Under the pieces are notes generated by a model. The model did no database searches, was not told the DNA's origin, and was given only the letters and a program-made list of their open reading frames with translations. A stretch of 64,000 bases of DNA from Nemertoderma westbladi (lineage: Eukaryota; Animalia; Xenacoelomorpha): the NCBI GenBank assembly GCA_032718475.1, contig JAUCBJ010006528.1:62001-126000 (forward strand), given 5' to 3'. Shown here piece by piece: positions 38,101 to 53,100 of the stretch. A program made the position numbers and the translations under genes. Every line of letters begins with the position of its first letter. The stretch's first letter is position 1.

Positions 38101-41100
38101 CGGGGAGCGGGGAGCCCAATGGCCCCTCAGTTCATTAGAACAGGCTGCTTCTAGAGTTGTACTAGCGGGGAGCCCAACGGCCCCTCAGTTCATTAGAACA
38201 GGCTGCTTCTAGAGTTGTACTAGCGGTGTGCCCAACGGCCCCTCAGTTCATTAGAACAGGCTGCTTCTAGAGTTGTACTAGCGGTGAGCGGGGAGCCCAA
38301 CGGCCCCTCAGTTCATTAGAACAGGCTGCTTCTAGAGTTGTACTAGCGGTGAGCCCAACGGCCCCTCAGTTCATTAGAACAGGCTGCTTCTAGAGTTGTA
38401 CTAGCGGTGAGCGGGGAGCCCAATGGCCCCTCAGTTCATTAGAACAGGCTGCTTCTAGAGTTGTACTAGCGGTGTGCCCAACGGCCCCTCAGTTCATTAG
38501 AACAGGCTGCTTCTAGAGTTGTACTAGCGGTGAGCGGGGAGCCCAACGGCCCCTCAGTTCATTAGAACAGGCTGCTTCTAGAGTTGTACTAGCGGTGAGC
38601 CCAACGGCCCCTCAGTTCATTAGAACAGGCTGCTTCTAGAGTTGTAATACAGGGGAGCCCAACGGCCCCACAGTTCATTAGAACAGGCTGCTTCTAGAGT
38701 TGTACTAGCGGTGAGCGGGGAGCCCAACGGGCCCCTCAGTTCATTAGAACAGGCTGCTTCTAGAGTTGTACTAGAGGGGAGCCCAACAGCCCCTCAGTTC
38801 ATTAGAACAGGCTGCTTCTAGAGTTGTACTAGCGGGGAGCCCAACGGCCCCTCAGTTCATTAGAACAGGCTGCTTCTAGAGTTGTAATACAGGGGAGCCC
38901 AACGGCCCCACAGTTCATTAGAACAGGCTGCTTCTAGAGTTGTACTAGCGGTGAGCGGGGAGCCCAACGGGCCCCTCAGTTCATTAGAACAGGCTGCTTC
39001 TAGAGTTGTACTAGCGGTGAGCGGGGAGCCCAACGGCCCCTCAGTTCATTAGAACAGGCTGCTTCTAGAGTTGTACTAGCGGTGAGCGGGGAGCCCAACG
39101 GCCCCTCAGTTCATTAGAACAGGCTGCTTCTAGAGTTGTACTAGCGGTGAGCGGGGAGCCCAACGGCCCCTCAGTTCATTAGAACAGGCTGCTTCTAGAG
39201 TTGTACTAGCGGTGAGCGGGGAGCCCAACGGCCCCTCAGTTCATTAGAACAGGCTGCTTCTAGAGTTGTACTAGCGGTGAGCGGGGAGCCCAACGGCCCC
39301 TCAGTTCATTAGAACAGGCTGCTTCTAGAGTTGTACTAGAGGGGAGCCCAACGGCCCCTCAGTTCATTAGAACAGGCTGCTTCTAGAGTTGTACTAGTGG
39401 GGAGCCCAACGGCCCCTCAGTTCATTAGAACAGGCTGCTTCTAGAGTTGTACTAGCGGGGAGCCCAACGGCCCCTCAGTTCATTAGAACAGGCTGCTTCT
39501 AGAGTTGTACTAGCGGGGAGCCCAACAGCCCCTCAGTTCATTAGAACAGGCTGCTTCTAGAGTTGTACTAGCGGTGAGCGGGGAGCCCAACAGCCCCTCA
39601 GTTCATTAGAACAGGCTGCTTCTAGAGTTGTACTAGCGGGGAGCGGGGAGCCAAACGCCCCCTCAGTACATTAGAATAGGCTGCTTCTAGAGTTGTACTA
39701 GCGGGGAGCCCAATGGCCCTTCAGTTCATTAGAACAGGCTACTTCTAGAGTTGTTCTACCGGGGAGCCCAACGGCCCCTCAGTTCATTAGAACAGGCTGC
39801 TTCTAGAGTTGTACTAGCGGGGAGCCCAATGGCCCCTCCTCAGTTCATTAGAACAGGCTGCTTCTAGAGTTGTACTAGCGGTGATCGGGTAGCCCAACGG
39901 CCCCTCAGTTCATTAGAACAGGCTGCTTCTAGAGTTGTACTAGCGGTGAGCGGGGAGCCAAACGGCCCCTCAGTTCATTAGAACAGGCTGCTTCTAGAGT
40001 TGTACTAGCGGTGAGCCCAACGGCCCCTCAGTTCATTAGAACAGGCTGCTTCTAGAGTTGTACTAGCAGGGAGCGGGGAGCCCAACGGCCCCTCAGTTCA
40101 TTAGAACAGGCTGCTTCTAGAGTTGTACTAGCGGGGAGCCCAACGGCCCCTCAGTTCATTAGAACAGGCTGCTTCTAGAGTTGTACTAGCGGTGTGCCCA
40201 ACGGCCCCTCAGTTCATTAGAACAGGCTGCTTCTAGAGTTGTACTAGCGGTGAGCGGGGAGCCCAACGGCCCCTCAGTTCATTAGAACAGGCTGCTTCTA
40301 GAGTTGTACTAGAGGGGAGCCCAACGGCCCCTCAGTTCATTAGAACAGGCTGCTTCTAGAGTTGTACTAGTGGGGAGCCCAACGGCCCCTCAGTTCATTA
40401 GAACAGGCTGCTTCTAGAGTTGTACTAGCGGGGAGCCCAACGGCCCCTCAGTTCATTAGAACAGGCTGCTTCTAGAGTTGTACTAGCGGGGAGCCCAACA
40501 GCCCCTCAGTTCATTAGAACAGGCTGCTTCTAGAGTTGTACTAGCGGTGAGCGGGGAGCCCAACAGCCCCTCAGTTCAATAGAACAGGCTGCTTCTAGAG
40601 TTGTACTAGCGGGGAGCGGGGAGCCATACGCCCCCTCAGTACATTAGAATAGGCTGCTTCTAGAGTTGTACTAGCGGGGAGCCCAATGGCCCTTCAGTTC
40701 ATTAGAACAGGCTACTTCTAGAGTTGTTCTACCGGGGAGCCCAACGGCCCCTCAGTTCATTAGAACAGGCTGCTTCTAGAGTTGTACTAGCGGGGAGCCC
40801 AATGGCCCCTCCTCAGTTCATTAGAACAGGCTGCTTCTAGAGTTGTACTAGCGGTGATCGGGTAGCCCAACGGCCCCTCAGTTCATTAGAACAGGCTGCT
40901 TCTAGAGTTGTACTAGCGGTGAGCAGGGAGCCAAACGGCCCCTCAGTTCATTAGAACAGGCTGCTTCTAGAGTTGTACTAGCGGTGAGCCCAACGGCCCC
41001 TCAGTTCATTAGAACAGGCTGCTTCTAGAGTTGTACTAGCAGGGAGCGGGGAGCCCAACGGCCCCTCAGTTCATTAGAACAGGCTGCTTCTAGAGTTGTA

Positions 41101-44100
41101 CTAGCGGGGAGCCCAACGGCCCCTCAGTTCATTAGAACAGGCTGCTTCTAGAGTTGTACTAGCGGTGAGCGGGGAGCCCAACGGCCCCTCAGTTTATTAG
41201 AACAGGCTGCTTCTAGAGTTGTACTAGCGGGGAGCGGGGAGCCCAATGGCCCCTCAGTTCATTAGAACAGGCTGCTTCTAGAGTTGTACTAGCGGGGAGC
41301 CCAACGGCCCCTCAGTTCATTAGAACAGGCTGCTTCTAGAGTTGTACTAGCGGTGTGCCCAACGGCCCCTCAGTTCATTAGAACAGGCTGCTTCTAGAGT
41401 TGTACTAGCGGTGAGCGGGGAGCCCAACGGCCCCTCAGTTCATTAGAACAGGCTGCTTCTAGAGTTGTACTAGCGGTGAGCCCAACGGCCCCTCAGTTCA
41501 TTAGAACAGGCTGCTTCTAGAGTTGTACTAGCGGTGAGCGGGGAGCCCAATGGCCCCTCAGTTCATTAGAACAGGCTGCTTCTAGAGTTGTACTAGCGGT
41601 GTGCCCAACGGCCCCTCAGTTCATTAGAACAGGCTGCTTCTAGAGTTGTACTAGCGGTGAGCGGGGAGCCCAACGGCCCCTCAGTTCATTAGAACAGGCT
41701 GCTTCTAGAGTTGTACTAGCGGTGAGCCCAACGGCCCCTCAGTTCATTAGAACAGGCTGCTTCTAGAGTTGTACTAGCGGTGAGCGGGGAGCCCGATGGC
41801 CCCTCAGTTCATTAGAACAGGCTGCTTCTAGAGTTGTACTAGCAGTGAGCGGGGAGCCCAACGGCCCCTCAGTTCATTAGAACAGGCTGCTTCTAGAGTT
41901 GTACTAGCGGTGAGCGGGGAGCCCAACGGCCCCTCAGTTCATTAGAACAGGCTGCTTCTAGAGTTGTACTAGTGGTGAGCGGGGAGCCCAACTGCCCCTC
42001 AGTTCATTAGAACAGGCTGCTTCTAGAGTTGTACTAGCGGTGAGCCCAACGGCCCCTCAGTTCATTAGAAAAGGCTGCTTCTAGAGTTGTACTAGCGTTG
42101 AGCGGGGAGCCCAACTGCCCCTCAGTTCATTAGAACAGGCTGCTTCTAGAGTTGTACTAGCGGTGAGCGGTGAGCCCAACGGCCCCTCAGTTCATTATAA
42201 CAGGCTGCTTCTAAAGTTGTACTAGCGGGGAGTGGGGAACCCAACGGCCCCCCAGTTCATTAGAACAGGCTGCTTCTAGAGTTGTACTAGAGGGGAGCCC
42301 AACGGCCCTTCAGTTCATTAGAACAGGCTGCTTCTAGAGTTGTACTAGCGGGGAGCCCAACGGCCCCTCAGTCCATTAGAACAGGCTGCTTCTAAAGTTG
42401 TACTAGCGGTGAGCGGGGAGCCCAACGGCCCCTCAGTTCATTAGAACAGGCTGCTTCTAAAGTTTTAATAGCGGGGAGCGGGGAGCCCAACGGCCCCTCA
42501 GTTCATTGGAACAGGCTGCTTCTAGAGTTGTACTAGCGGTGAGCGGGGTGCCCAACAGCCTCTCAGTTCATTAGAACAGGCTGCTTCTAGAGTTGTACTA
42601 ACGGTGATCGGGGAGCCCAACGGCCCCTCAGTTCATTAGAACAGGCTGCTTCTAGAGTTGTACTAGTGGGGAGCCCAATGGCCCCTCAGTTCATTAGAAC
42701 AGGCTGCTTCTAGAGTTGTACTAGCGGTGAGCAGGGAGCCCAACGGCCCCTCAGTTCATTAGAACAGGCTGCTTCTAGAGTTGTACTAGCGGGGAGCGGG
42801 GAGCCCAACGGCCCCTCAGTTCATTAGAACAGGCTGCTTCTAGAGTTGTAATAGCGGTGAGCGGGGAGCCAAACGGCCCCTCAGTTCATTAGAACAGGCT
42901 GCTTCTAGAGTTGTACTAGCGGTGAGCCCAACGGCCCCTCAGTTCATTAGAACAGGCTGCTTTTAGAGTTGTACTAGAAGGGAGCGGGGAGCCCAACGGC
43001 CCCTCAGTTCATTAGAACAGGCTGCTTCTAGAGTTGTACTAGCGGGGACCCCAACGGCCCCTCAGTTCATTAGAACAGGCTGCTTCTAGAGTTGTACTAG
43101 CGGTGAGCGGTGAGCCCAACGGCCCCTCAGTTCATTAGAACAGGCTGCTTCTAGAGTTGTACTAGCGGGGAGCGGGGAGCCCAATGGCCCCTCAGTTCAT
43201 TAGAACAGGCTGGTTCTAGAGTTGTACTAGCGGTGAGCGGGGAGCCCAACGGCCCCCCAGTTCATTAGAACAGGCTGCTTCTAGAGTTGTATTAACGGTG
43301 AGCGGGGAGCCCAACGGCCCCTCAGTTCATTAGAACAGGCTGCTTCTAGAGTTGTACTAGCTGGGAGCCCAACGGCCCCTCAGTTCATTAGAACAGGCTG
43401 CTTCTAGAGTTGTACTAGCGGGGAGCGGGGAGCCCAACGGCCCCTCAGTTCATTAGAACAGGCTGCTTCTAGAGTTGTACTAGCGGTGAGCGGGGAGCCA
43501 AACGGCCCCTCAGTTCATTAGAACAGGCTGCTTCTAGAGTTGTACTAGCGGTGAGCCCAACGGCCCCTCAGTTCATTAGAACAGGCTGCTTTTAGAGTTG
43601 TACTAGAAGGGAGCGGGGAGCCCAACGGCCCCTCAGTTCATTAGAACAGGCTGCTTCTAGAGTTGTACTAGCGGGGACCCCAACGGCCCCTCAGTTCATT
43701 AGAACAGGCTGCTTCTAGAGTTGTACTAGCGGTGAGCGGTGAGCCCAACGGCCCCTCAGTTCATTAGAACAGGCTGCTTCTAGAGTTGTACTAGCGGGGA
43801 GCGGGGAGCCCAATGGCCCCTCAGTTCATTAGAACAGGCTGGTTCTAGAGTTGTACTAGCGGTGAGCGGGGAGCCCAACGGCCCCCCAGTTCATTAGAAC
43901 AGGCTGCTTCTAGAGTTGTATTAGCGGTGAGCGGGGAGCCCAACGGCCCCTCAGTTCATTAGAACAGGCTGCTTCTAGAGTTGTACTAGCTGGGAGCCCA
44001 ACGGCCCCTCAGTTCATTAGAACAGGCTGCTTCTAGAGTTGTACTAGCGGGGAGCCCAACGGCCCCTCCTCAGTTCATTTGAACATCCTGCTTCTAGAGT

Positions 44101-47100
44101 TGTACTAGCAGTGAGCCCAACGGCCCCTCAGTTCATTAGAACAGGCTGCTTCTATAGTTGTACTAGTGGGGAGCCCAACGGCCCATCAGTTCATTAGAAC
44201 AGGCTGCTTCTAGAGTTGTACTAGCGGGGAGCCCAACGGCCCCTCAGTTCATTAGAACAGGCTGCTTCTAGAGTTGTACTAGCGGGGAGCCCAACAGCCC
44301 CTCAGTTCATTAGAACAGGCTGCTTCTTGAGTTGTACTAGCGGTGAGCCCAACGGTCCCTCAGTTCATTAGAACAGGCTGCTTCTAGAGTTGTACTAGCT
44401 GGGAGCCCAACGGCCCCTCAGTTCATTAGAACAGGCTGCTTCTAGAGTTGTACTAGCGGGGAGCCCAACGGCCCCTCCTCAGTTCATTTGAACAGGCTGC
44501 TTCTAGAGTTGTACTAGCAGTGAGCCCAACGGCCCCTCAGTTCATTAGAACAGGCTGCTTCTAGAGTTGTACTAGTGGGGAGCCCAACGGCCCCTCAGTT
44601 CATCAGAACAGGCTGCTTCTAGAGTTGTACTAGCGGGGAGCCCAACGGCCCCTCTGTTCATTAGAACAGGCTGCTTCTAGAGTTGTACTAGCGGGGAGCC
44701 CAACAGCCCCTCAGTTCATTAGAACAGGCTGCTTCTAGAGTTGTACTAGCGGTGAGCGGGGAGCCCAACGGCCCCTCAGTTCATTAGAACAGGCTGCTTC
44801 TAGAGTTGTACTAGCGGGGAGCGGGGAGCCAAACGGCCCCTCAGTACATTAGAACAGGCTGCTTCTAGAGTTGTACTAGCGGGGAGCCCAATGGCCCTTC
44901 AGTTCATTAGAACAGGCTGCTTCTAGAGTTGTTCTACCGGGGAGCCCAACGGCCCCTCAGTTCATTAGAACAGGCTGCTTCTAGAGTTGTACTAGCGGTG
45001 AGCGGGGAGCCCAATGGCCCCTCAGTTCATTAGAACAGGCTGCTTCTAGAGTTGTACTAGCGGTGAGCCCAACGGCCCCTCAGTTCATTAGAACAGGCTG
45101 CTTCTAGAGTTGTACTAGCGGGGAGCCCAACGGCCCCCCAGTTCATTATAACAGGCTGCTTCTAGAGTTGTACTAGCGGTGAGCCCAACGGCCCCTCAGT
45201 TCATTAGAACAGGCTGCTTCTAGAGTTGTACTAGCGGGGAGCCCAACGGCCCCTCAGTTCATTAGAACAGGCTGCTTCTAGAGTTGTACTAGCGGGGAGC
45301 CCAATGGCCCCTCCTCAGTTCATTAGAACAGGCTGCTTCTAGAGTTGTACTAGCGGTGATCGGGGAGCCCAACGGCCCCTCAGTTCATTAGAACAGGCTG
45401 CTTCTAGAGTTGTACTAGCGGTGAGCGGGGAGCCAAACGGCCCCTCAGTTCATTAGAACAGGCTGCTTCTAGAGTTGCACTAGCGGTGAGCACAATGGCC
45501 CCTCAGTTCATTAGAACATGCTGCTTCTAGAGTTGTACTAGCAGGGAGCGGGGAGCCCAACGGCCCCTAAGTTCATTAGAACAGGCTGCTTCTAGAGTTG
45601 TACTAGCGGGGAGCCTAACGGCCCCTCAGTTCATTAGAACAGGCTGCTTCTAGAGTTGTACTAGCGGTGAGCGGGGAGCCCAACGGCCCCTCAGTTCATT
45701 AGAACAGGCTGCTTCTAGAGTTGTACTAGCGGGGAGCAGGGAGCCCAATGGCCCCTCAGTTCATTAGAACAGGCTGCTTCTAGAGTTGTACTATCGGTGA
45801 GCTGGGAGCCCAACGGCCCCCCAGTTCATTAGAACAGGCTGCTTCTAGAGTTGTACTAGCGGTGAGCGGGGAGCCCAACGGCCCCTCAGTTCATTAGAAC
45901 AGGCTGCTTCTAGAGTTGTACTAGCGGTGAGCCCAACGGTCCCTCAGTTCATTAGAACAGGCTGCTTCTAGAGTTGTACTAGCGGGGAGCCCAACGGCCC
46001 CTCAGTTCATTAGAACAGGCTGCTTCTAGAGTTGTACTAGTGGGGAGCCCAACGGCCCCTCAGTTCATTAGAACAGGCTGCTTCTAGAGTTGTACTAGTG
46101 GTGAGTGGTGATCCCAACGGCCCCTCAGTTCATTAGAACAGGCTGCTTCTAGAGTTGTACTAGTGGTGAGCGGGGAGCCCAATGGCCGCTCAGTTCATTA
46201 GAACAGGCTGATTCTAGAGTTGTACTAGCGGTGATCGGGGAGCTCAACGGCCCCTCAGTTCATTAGAACAGGCTGATTCTAGAGTTGTACTAGCGGTGAG
46301 CCCAACGGCCCCTCAGTTCATTAGAACAGGCTGCTTCTAGAGTTGTACTAGCGGGGAGCCCAACGGCCCCCCAGTTCATTAGAACAGGCTGCTTCTAGAG
46401 TTGTACTAGCGGTGAGCCCAACGGCCCCTCAGTTCATTAGAACAGGCTGCTTCTAGAGTTGTACTAGCGGGGAGCCCAACGGCCCCTCAGTTCATTAGAA
46501 CAGGCTGCTTCTAGAGTTGTACCTGCGGGGAGCCCAATGGCCCCTCCGCAGTTCATTAGAACAGGCTGCTTCTAGAGTTGTACTAGCGGTGATCGGGGAG
46601 CCCAACGGCCCCTCAGTTCATTAGAACAGGCTGCTTCTAGAGTTGTACTAGCGGTGAGCGGGGAGCCAAACGGCCCCTCAGTTCATTAGAACAGGCTGCT
46701 TCTAGAGTTGTACTAGCGGTGAGCCCAACGGCCCCTCAGTTCATTAGAACAGGCTGCTTCTGGAGTTGTACTAGCAGGGAGCGGGGAGCCCAACGGCCCC
46801 TCAGTTCATTAGAACAGGCTGCTTCTAGAGTTGTACTAGCGGGGAGCCCAACGGCCCCTCAGTTCATTAGAACAGGCTTCTTCTAGAGTTGTACTAGCGG
46901 TGAGTGGGGAGCCCAACGGCCCCTCAGTTCATTAGAACAGGCTGCTTCTAGAGTTGTACTAGCAGGGAGCGGGGAGCCCAACGGCCCCTCCTCAGTTCAT
47001 TTGAACATGCTGCTTCTAGAGTTGTACTAGCAGTGAGCCCAACGGCCCCTCAGTTCATTAGAACAGGCTGCTTCTATAGTTGTACTAGTGGGGAGCCCAA

Positions 47101-50100
47101 CGGCCCATCAGTTCATTAGAACAGGCTGCTTCTAGAGTTGTACTAGCGGGGAGCCCAACGGCCCCTCAGTTCATTAGAATAGGCTGCTTCTAGAGTTGTA
47201 CTAGCGGGGAGCCCAACAGCCCCTCAGTTCATTAGAACAGGCTGCTTCTTGAGTTGTACTAGCGGTGAGCCCAACGGTCCCTCAGTTCATTAGAACAGGC
47301 TGCTTCTAGAGTTGTACTAGCTGGGAGCCCAACGGCCCCTCAGTTCATTAGAACAGGCTGCTTCTAGAGTTGTACTAGCGGGGAGCCCAACGGCCCCTCC
47401 TCAGTTCATTTGAACAGGCTGCTTCTAGAGTTGTACTAGCAGTGAGCCCAACGGCCCCTCAGTTCATTAGAACAGGCTGCTTCTAGAGTTGTACTAGTGG
47501 GGAGCCCAACGGCCCCTCAGTTCATCAGAACAGGCTGCTTCTAGAGTTGTACTAGCGGGGAGCCCAACGGCCCCTCTGTTCATTAGAACAGGCTGCTTCT
47601 AGAGTTGTACTAGCGGGGAGCCCAACAGCCCCTCAGTTCATTAGAACAGGCTGCTTCTAGAGTTGTACTAGCGGTGAGCGGGGAGCCCAATGGCCCCTCA
47701 GTTCATTAGAACAGGCTGCTTCTAGAGTTGTACTAGCGGGGAGCGGGGAGCCAAACGGCCCCTCAGTACATTAGAACAGGCTGCTTCTAGAGTTGTACTA
47801 GCGGGGAGCCCAATGGCCCTTCAGTTCATTAGAACAGGCTGCTTCTAGAGTTGTTCTACCGGGGAGCCCAACGGCCCCTCAGTTCATTAGAACAGGCTGC
47901 TTCTAGAGTTGTACTAGCGGTGAGCGGGGAGCCCAATGGCCCCTCAGTTCATTAGAACAGGCTGCTTCTAGAGTTGTACTAGCGGTGAGCCCAACGGCCC
48001 CTCAGTTCATTAGAACAGGCTGCTTCTAGAGTTGTACTAGCGGGGAGCCCAACGGCCCCCCAGTTCATTATAACAGGCTGCTTCTAGAGTTGTACTAGTG
48101 GTGAGCCCAACGGCCCCTCAGTTCATTAGAACAGGCTGCTTCTAGAGTTGTACTAGCGGGGAGCCCAACGGCCCCTCAGTTCATTAGAACAGGCTGCTTC
48201 TAGAGTTGTACTAGCGGGGAGCCCAATGGCCCCTCCTCAGTTCATTAGAACAGGCTGCTTCTAGAGTTGTACTAGCGGTGATCGGGGAGCCCAACGGCCC
48301 CTCAGATCATTAGAACAGGCTGCTTCTAGAGTTGTACTAGCGGTGAGCGGGGAGCCAAACGGCCCCTCAGTTCATTAGAACAGGCTGCTTCTAGAGTTGC
48401 ACTAGCGGTGAGCACAATGGCCCCTCAGTTCATTAGAACATGCTGCTTCTAGAGTTGTACTAGCAGGGAGCGGGGAGCCCAACGGCCCCTAAGTTCATTA
48501 GAACAGGCTGCTTCTAGAGTTGTACTAGCGGGGAGCCCAACGGCCCCTCAGTTCATTAGAACAGGCTGCTTCTAGAGTTGTACTAGCGGTGAGCGGGGAG
48601 CCCAACGGCCCCTCAGTTCATTAGAACAGGCTGCTTCTAGAGTTGTACTAGCGGGGAGCAGGGAGCCCAATGGCCCCTCTGTTCATTAGAACAGGCTGCT
48701 TCTAGAGTTGTACTATCGGTGAGCTGGGAGCCCAACGGCCCCCCAGTTCATTAGAACAGGCTGCTTCTAGAGTTGTACTAGCGGTGAGCGGGGAGCCCAA
48801 CGGCCCCTCAGTTCATTAGAACAGGCTGCTTCTAGAGTTGTACTAGCGGTGAGCCCAACGGTCCCTCAGTTCATTAGAACAGGCTGCTTCTAGAGTTGTA
48901 CTAGCGGGGAGCCCAACGGCCCCTCAGTTCATTAGAACAGGCTGCTTCTAGAGTTGTACTAGTGGGGAGCCCAACGGCCCCTCAGTTCATTAGAACAGGC
49001 TGCTTCTAGAGTTGTACTAGTGGTGAGTGGTGATCCCAACGGCCCCTCAGTTCATTAGAACAGGCTGCTTCTAGAGTTGTACTAGTGGTGAGCGGGGAGC
49101 CCAATGGCCGCTCAGTTCATTAGAACAGGCTGATTCTAGAGTTGTACTAGCGGTGATCGGGGAGCTCAACGGCCCCTCAGTTCATTAGAACAGGCTGATT
49201 CTAGAGTTGTACTAGCGGTGAGCCCAACGGCCCCTCAGTTCATTAGAACAGGCTGCTTCTAGAGTTGTACTAGCGGGGAGCCCAACGGCCCCCCAGTTCA
49301 TTAGAACAGGCTGCTTCTAGAGTTGTACTAGCGGTGAGCCCAACGGCCCCTCAGTTCATTAGAACAGGCTGCTTCTAGAGTTGTACTAGCGGGGAGCCCA
49401 ACGGCCCCTCAGTTCATTAGAACAGGCTGCTTCTAGAGTTGTACCTGCGGGGAGCCCAATGGCCCCTCCGCAGTTCATTAGAACAGGCTGCTTCTAGAGT
49501 TGTACTAGCGGTGATTGGGGAGCCCAACGGCCCCTCAGTTCATTAGAACAGGCTGCTTCTAGAGTTGTACTAGCGGTGAGCGGGGAGCCAAACGGCCCCT
49601 CAGTTCATTAGAACAGGCTGCTTCTAGAGTTGTACTAGCGGTGAGCCCAACGGCCCCTCAGTTCATTAGAACAGGCTGCTTCTGGAGTTGTACTAGCAGG
49701 GAGCGGGGAGCCCAACGGCCCCTCAGTTCATTAGAACAGGCTGCTTCTAGAGTTGTACTAGCGGGGAGCCCAACGGCCCCTCAGTTCATTAGAACAGGCT
49801 TCTTCTAGAGTTGTACTAGCGGTGAGTGGGGAGCCCAACGGCCCCTCAGTTCATTAGAACAGGCTGCTTCTAGAGTTTTACTAGCAGGGAGCGGGGAGCC
49901 CAATGGCCCCTCAGTTCATTAGAACAGGCTGCTTCTAGAGTTGTACTAGCGGTGAGCGGGGAGCCCAACGGCCCCCCAGTTCATTAGAACAGGCTGCTTC
50001 TAGAGTTGTACTAGCGGTGAGCGGGGAGCCCAACGGCCCCTCAGTTCATTAGAACAGGCTGCTTCTAGAGTTGTACTAGCGGTGAGCCCAACGGTCCCTC

Positions 50101-53100
50101 AGTGCATTTGAACAGGCTGCTTCTAGGGTTGTACTAAGCGGGGAGCCGAACGTCCCCTCAGTTCATTAGAACAGGCTGCTTCTAGAGTTGTACTAGCGGG
50201 TAGCCCAACGGCCCCTCCTCAGTTCATTAGAACAGGCTGCTTCTAGAGTTGTACTAGCAGGGAGCCCAACGGCCCCTCAGTTCATTAGAACAGGCTGCTT
50301 CTAGAGTTGTACTAGCGGGGAGCCCAACGGCCCCTCAGTTCATTAGAACAGGCTGCTTCTAGAGTTGTACTAGCGGGGAGCCCAACGGCCCCTCAGTTCA
50401 TTAGAACAGGCTGCTTCTAGAGTTGTACTAGCGGTGAGCGGGGAGCCCAACGGCCCCTCAGTTCATTAGAACAGGCTGCTTCTAGAGTTGTACTAGCGGT
50501 GATCGGGGAGCCCAACGGCCCCTCAGTTCATTAGAACAGGCTGCTTCTAGAGTTGTACTAGCGGGGAGCGGGGAGCCCAACGGTCCCTCAGTTCATTAGA
50601 ACAGGCTGCTTCTAAAGTTGTACTAGCGGAGAGCCCAACGGCCCCTCAGTTCATTAGAACAGGCTGCTTCTAGAGTTGTACTAGCGGTGAGCAGGGAGCC
50701 CAACGGCCCCTCAGTTCATTAGAACAGGCTGCTTCTAGAGTAGTAATAGCGGTGAGCGGGGAGCCCAACAGCCGCTCAGTTCATTAGAACAGGCTGCTTC
50801 TAGAGTTGTACTAGCGGTGAGCCCAACGGCCCCTCAGTTCATTAGAACAGGCTGCTTTTAAAGTTGTACTAGCGGGGAGCCCAACGGCCCCTCAGTTCAT
50901 TAGAACAGGCTGCGTCTAGAGTTGTACTAGCGGTGAGCACAACGGCCCCTCAGTTCATTAGAACAGGCTGCTTCTAGAGTTGTACTAGCGGGGAGCCCAA
51001 CGGCCCCTCAGTTCATTAGAACAGGCTGCTTCTAGAGTTGTACTAGCGGGGAGCCCAACGGCCCCTCCTCAGTTCATTAGAACAGGCTGCTTCTAGAGTT
51101 GTACTAGCGGTGATCGGGGAGCCCAACGGCCCCTCAGTTCATTAGAACAGGCTGCTTCTAGAGTTGTACTAGCGGTGAGCGGTGATCCCAACGGCCTCTC
51201 AGTTCATTAGAACAGGCTGCTTCTAGAGTTGTACTAGCGGGGAGCCCAACGGCCCCTCAGTTCATTAGAACAGGCTGCTTCTAGAGTTGTACTAGCAGGG
51301 AGCATGGAGCCCAACGGCCCCTCAGTTCATTAGAACAGGCTGCTTCTAGAGTTGTACTAGCGGTGAGCGGGGAGCCAAACGGCCCCTCAGTTCATTAGAA
51401 CAGGCTGCTTCTAGAGTTGTACTAGTGGTGAATGGTGATCCCAACGGCCCCTCAGTTCATTAGAACAGGCTACTTCTAGAGTTGTACTAGTGGTGAGCGG
51501 GGAGCCCAACGGCCGCTCAGTTCATTAGAACAGGCTGATTCTAGAGTTGTACTAGCGGTGATCGGGGAGCTCAACAGCCCCTCAGTTCATTAGAACAGGC
51601 TGATTCTAGAGTTGTACTACCGGTGAGCCCAACGGCCCCTCAGTTCATTAGAACAGGCTGCTTCTAGAGTTGTACTAGTGGGGAGCCCAACGGCCCCCCA
51701 GTTCATTAGAACAGGCTGCTTCTAGAGTTGTACTAGCGGTGAGCCCAATGGCCCCTCAGTTCATTAGAACAGGCTGCTTCTAGAGTTGTTCTAGCGGTGA
51801 TCGGGGAGCCCAACGGCCCCTCAGTTCATTAGAACAGGCTGCTTCTAGAGTTGTACTAGCGGGGAGCCCAATGGCCCCTCCTCAGTTCATTAGAACAGGC
51901 TGCTTCTAGAGTTGTACTAGCGGTGATCGGGGAGCCCAACGGCCCCTCAGTTCATTAGAACAGGCTGCTTCTAGAGTTGTACTAGCGGTGAGCGGGGAGC
52001 CAAACGGCCCCTCAGTTCATTAGAACAGGCTGCTTCTAGAGTTGTACTAGCGGTGAGCCCAATGGCCCCTCAGTTCATTAGAACAGGCTGCTTTTAGAGT
52101 TGTACTAGCAGGGAGCGGGGAGCCCAACGGCCCCTCAGTTCATTAGAACAGGCTGCTTCTAGAGTTGTACTAGCGGGGAGCCCAACGGCCCCTCAGTTCA
52201 TTAGAACAGGCTGCTTCTAGAGTTGTACTAGCGGTGAGCGGGGAGCCCAACGGCCCCTCAGTTCATTAGAACAGGCTGCTTCTAGAGTTGTACTAGCGGG
52301 GAGCAGGGAACCCAATGGCCCCTCAGTTCATTAGAACAGGCTGGTTCTAGAGTTGTACTAGCGGTGAGCGGGGAGCCCAACGGCCCCCCAGTTCATTAGA
52401 ACAGGCTGCTTCTAGAGTTGTATTAGCGGTGAGCGGGGAGCCCAATGGCCCCTCAGTTCATTAGAACAGGCTGCTTCTAGAGTTGTACTAGCTGGGAGCC
52501 CAACGGCCCCTCAGTTCATTAGAACAGGCTGCTTCTAGAGTTGTACTAGCAGTGAGCCCAACGGCCCCTCAGTTCATTAGAACAGGCTGCTTCTAGAGTT
52601 GTACTAGCGGTGAGCGGGGAGCCAAACGGCCCCTCAGTTCATTAGAACAGGCTGCTTCTAGAGTTGTACTAGCGGTGAGCCCAACGGCCCCTCAGTTCAT
52701 TAGAACAGGCTGCTTCTGGAGTTGTACTAGCAGGGAGCGGGGAGCCCAACGGCCCCTCAGTTCATTAGAACAGGCTGCTTCTAGAGTTGTACTAGCGGGG
52801 AGCCCAACGGCCCCTCAGTTCATTAGAACAGGCTTCTTCTAGAGTTGTACTAGCGGTGAGTGGGGAGCCCAACGGCCCCTCAGTTCATTAGAACAGGCTG
52901 CTTCTAGAGTTGTACTAGCAGGGAGCGGGGAGCCCAACGGCCCCTCCTCAGTTCATTTGAACATGCTGCTTCTAGAGTTGTACTAGCAGTGAGCCCAACG
53001 GCCCCTCAGTTCATTAGAACAGGCTGCTTCTATAGTTGTACTAGTGGGGAGCCCAACGGCCCATCAGTTCATTAGAACAGGCTGCTTCTAGAGTTGTACT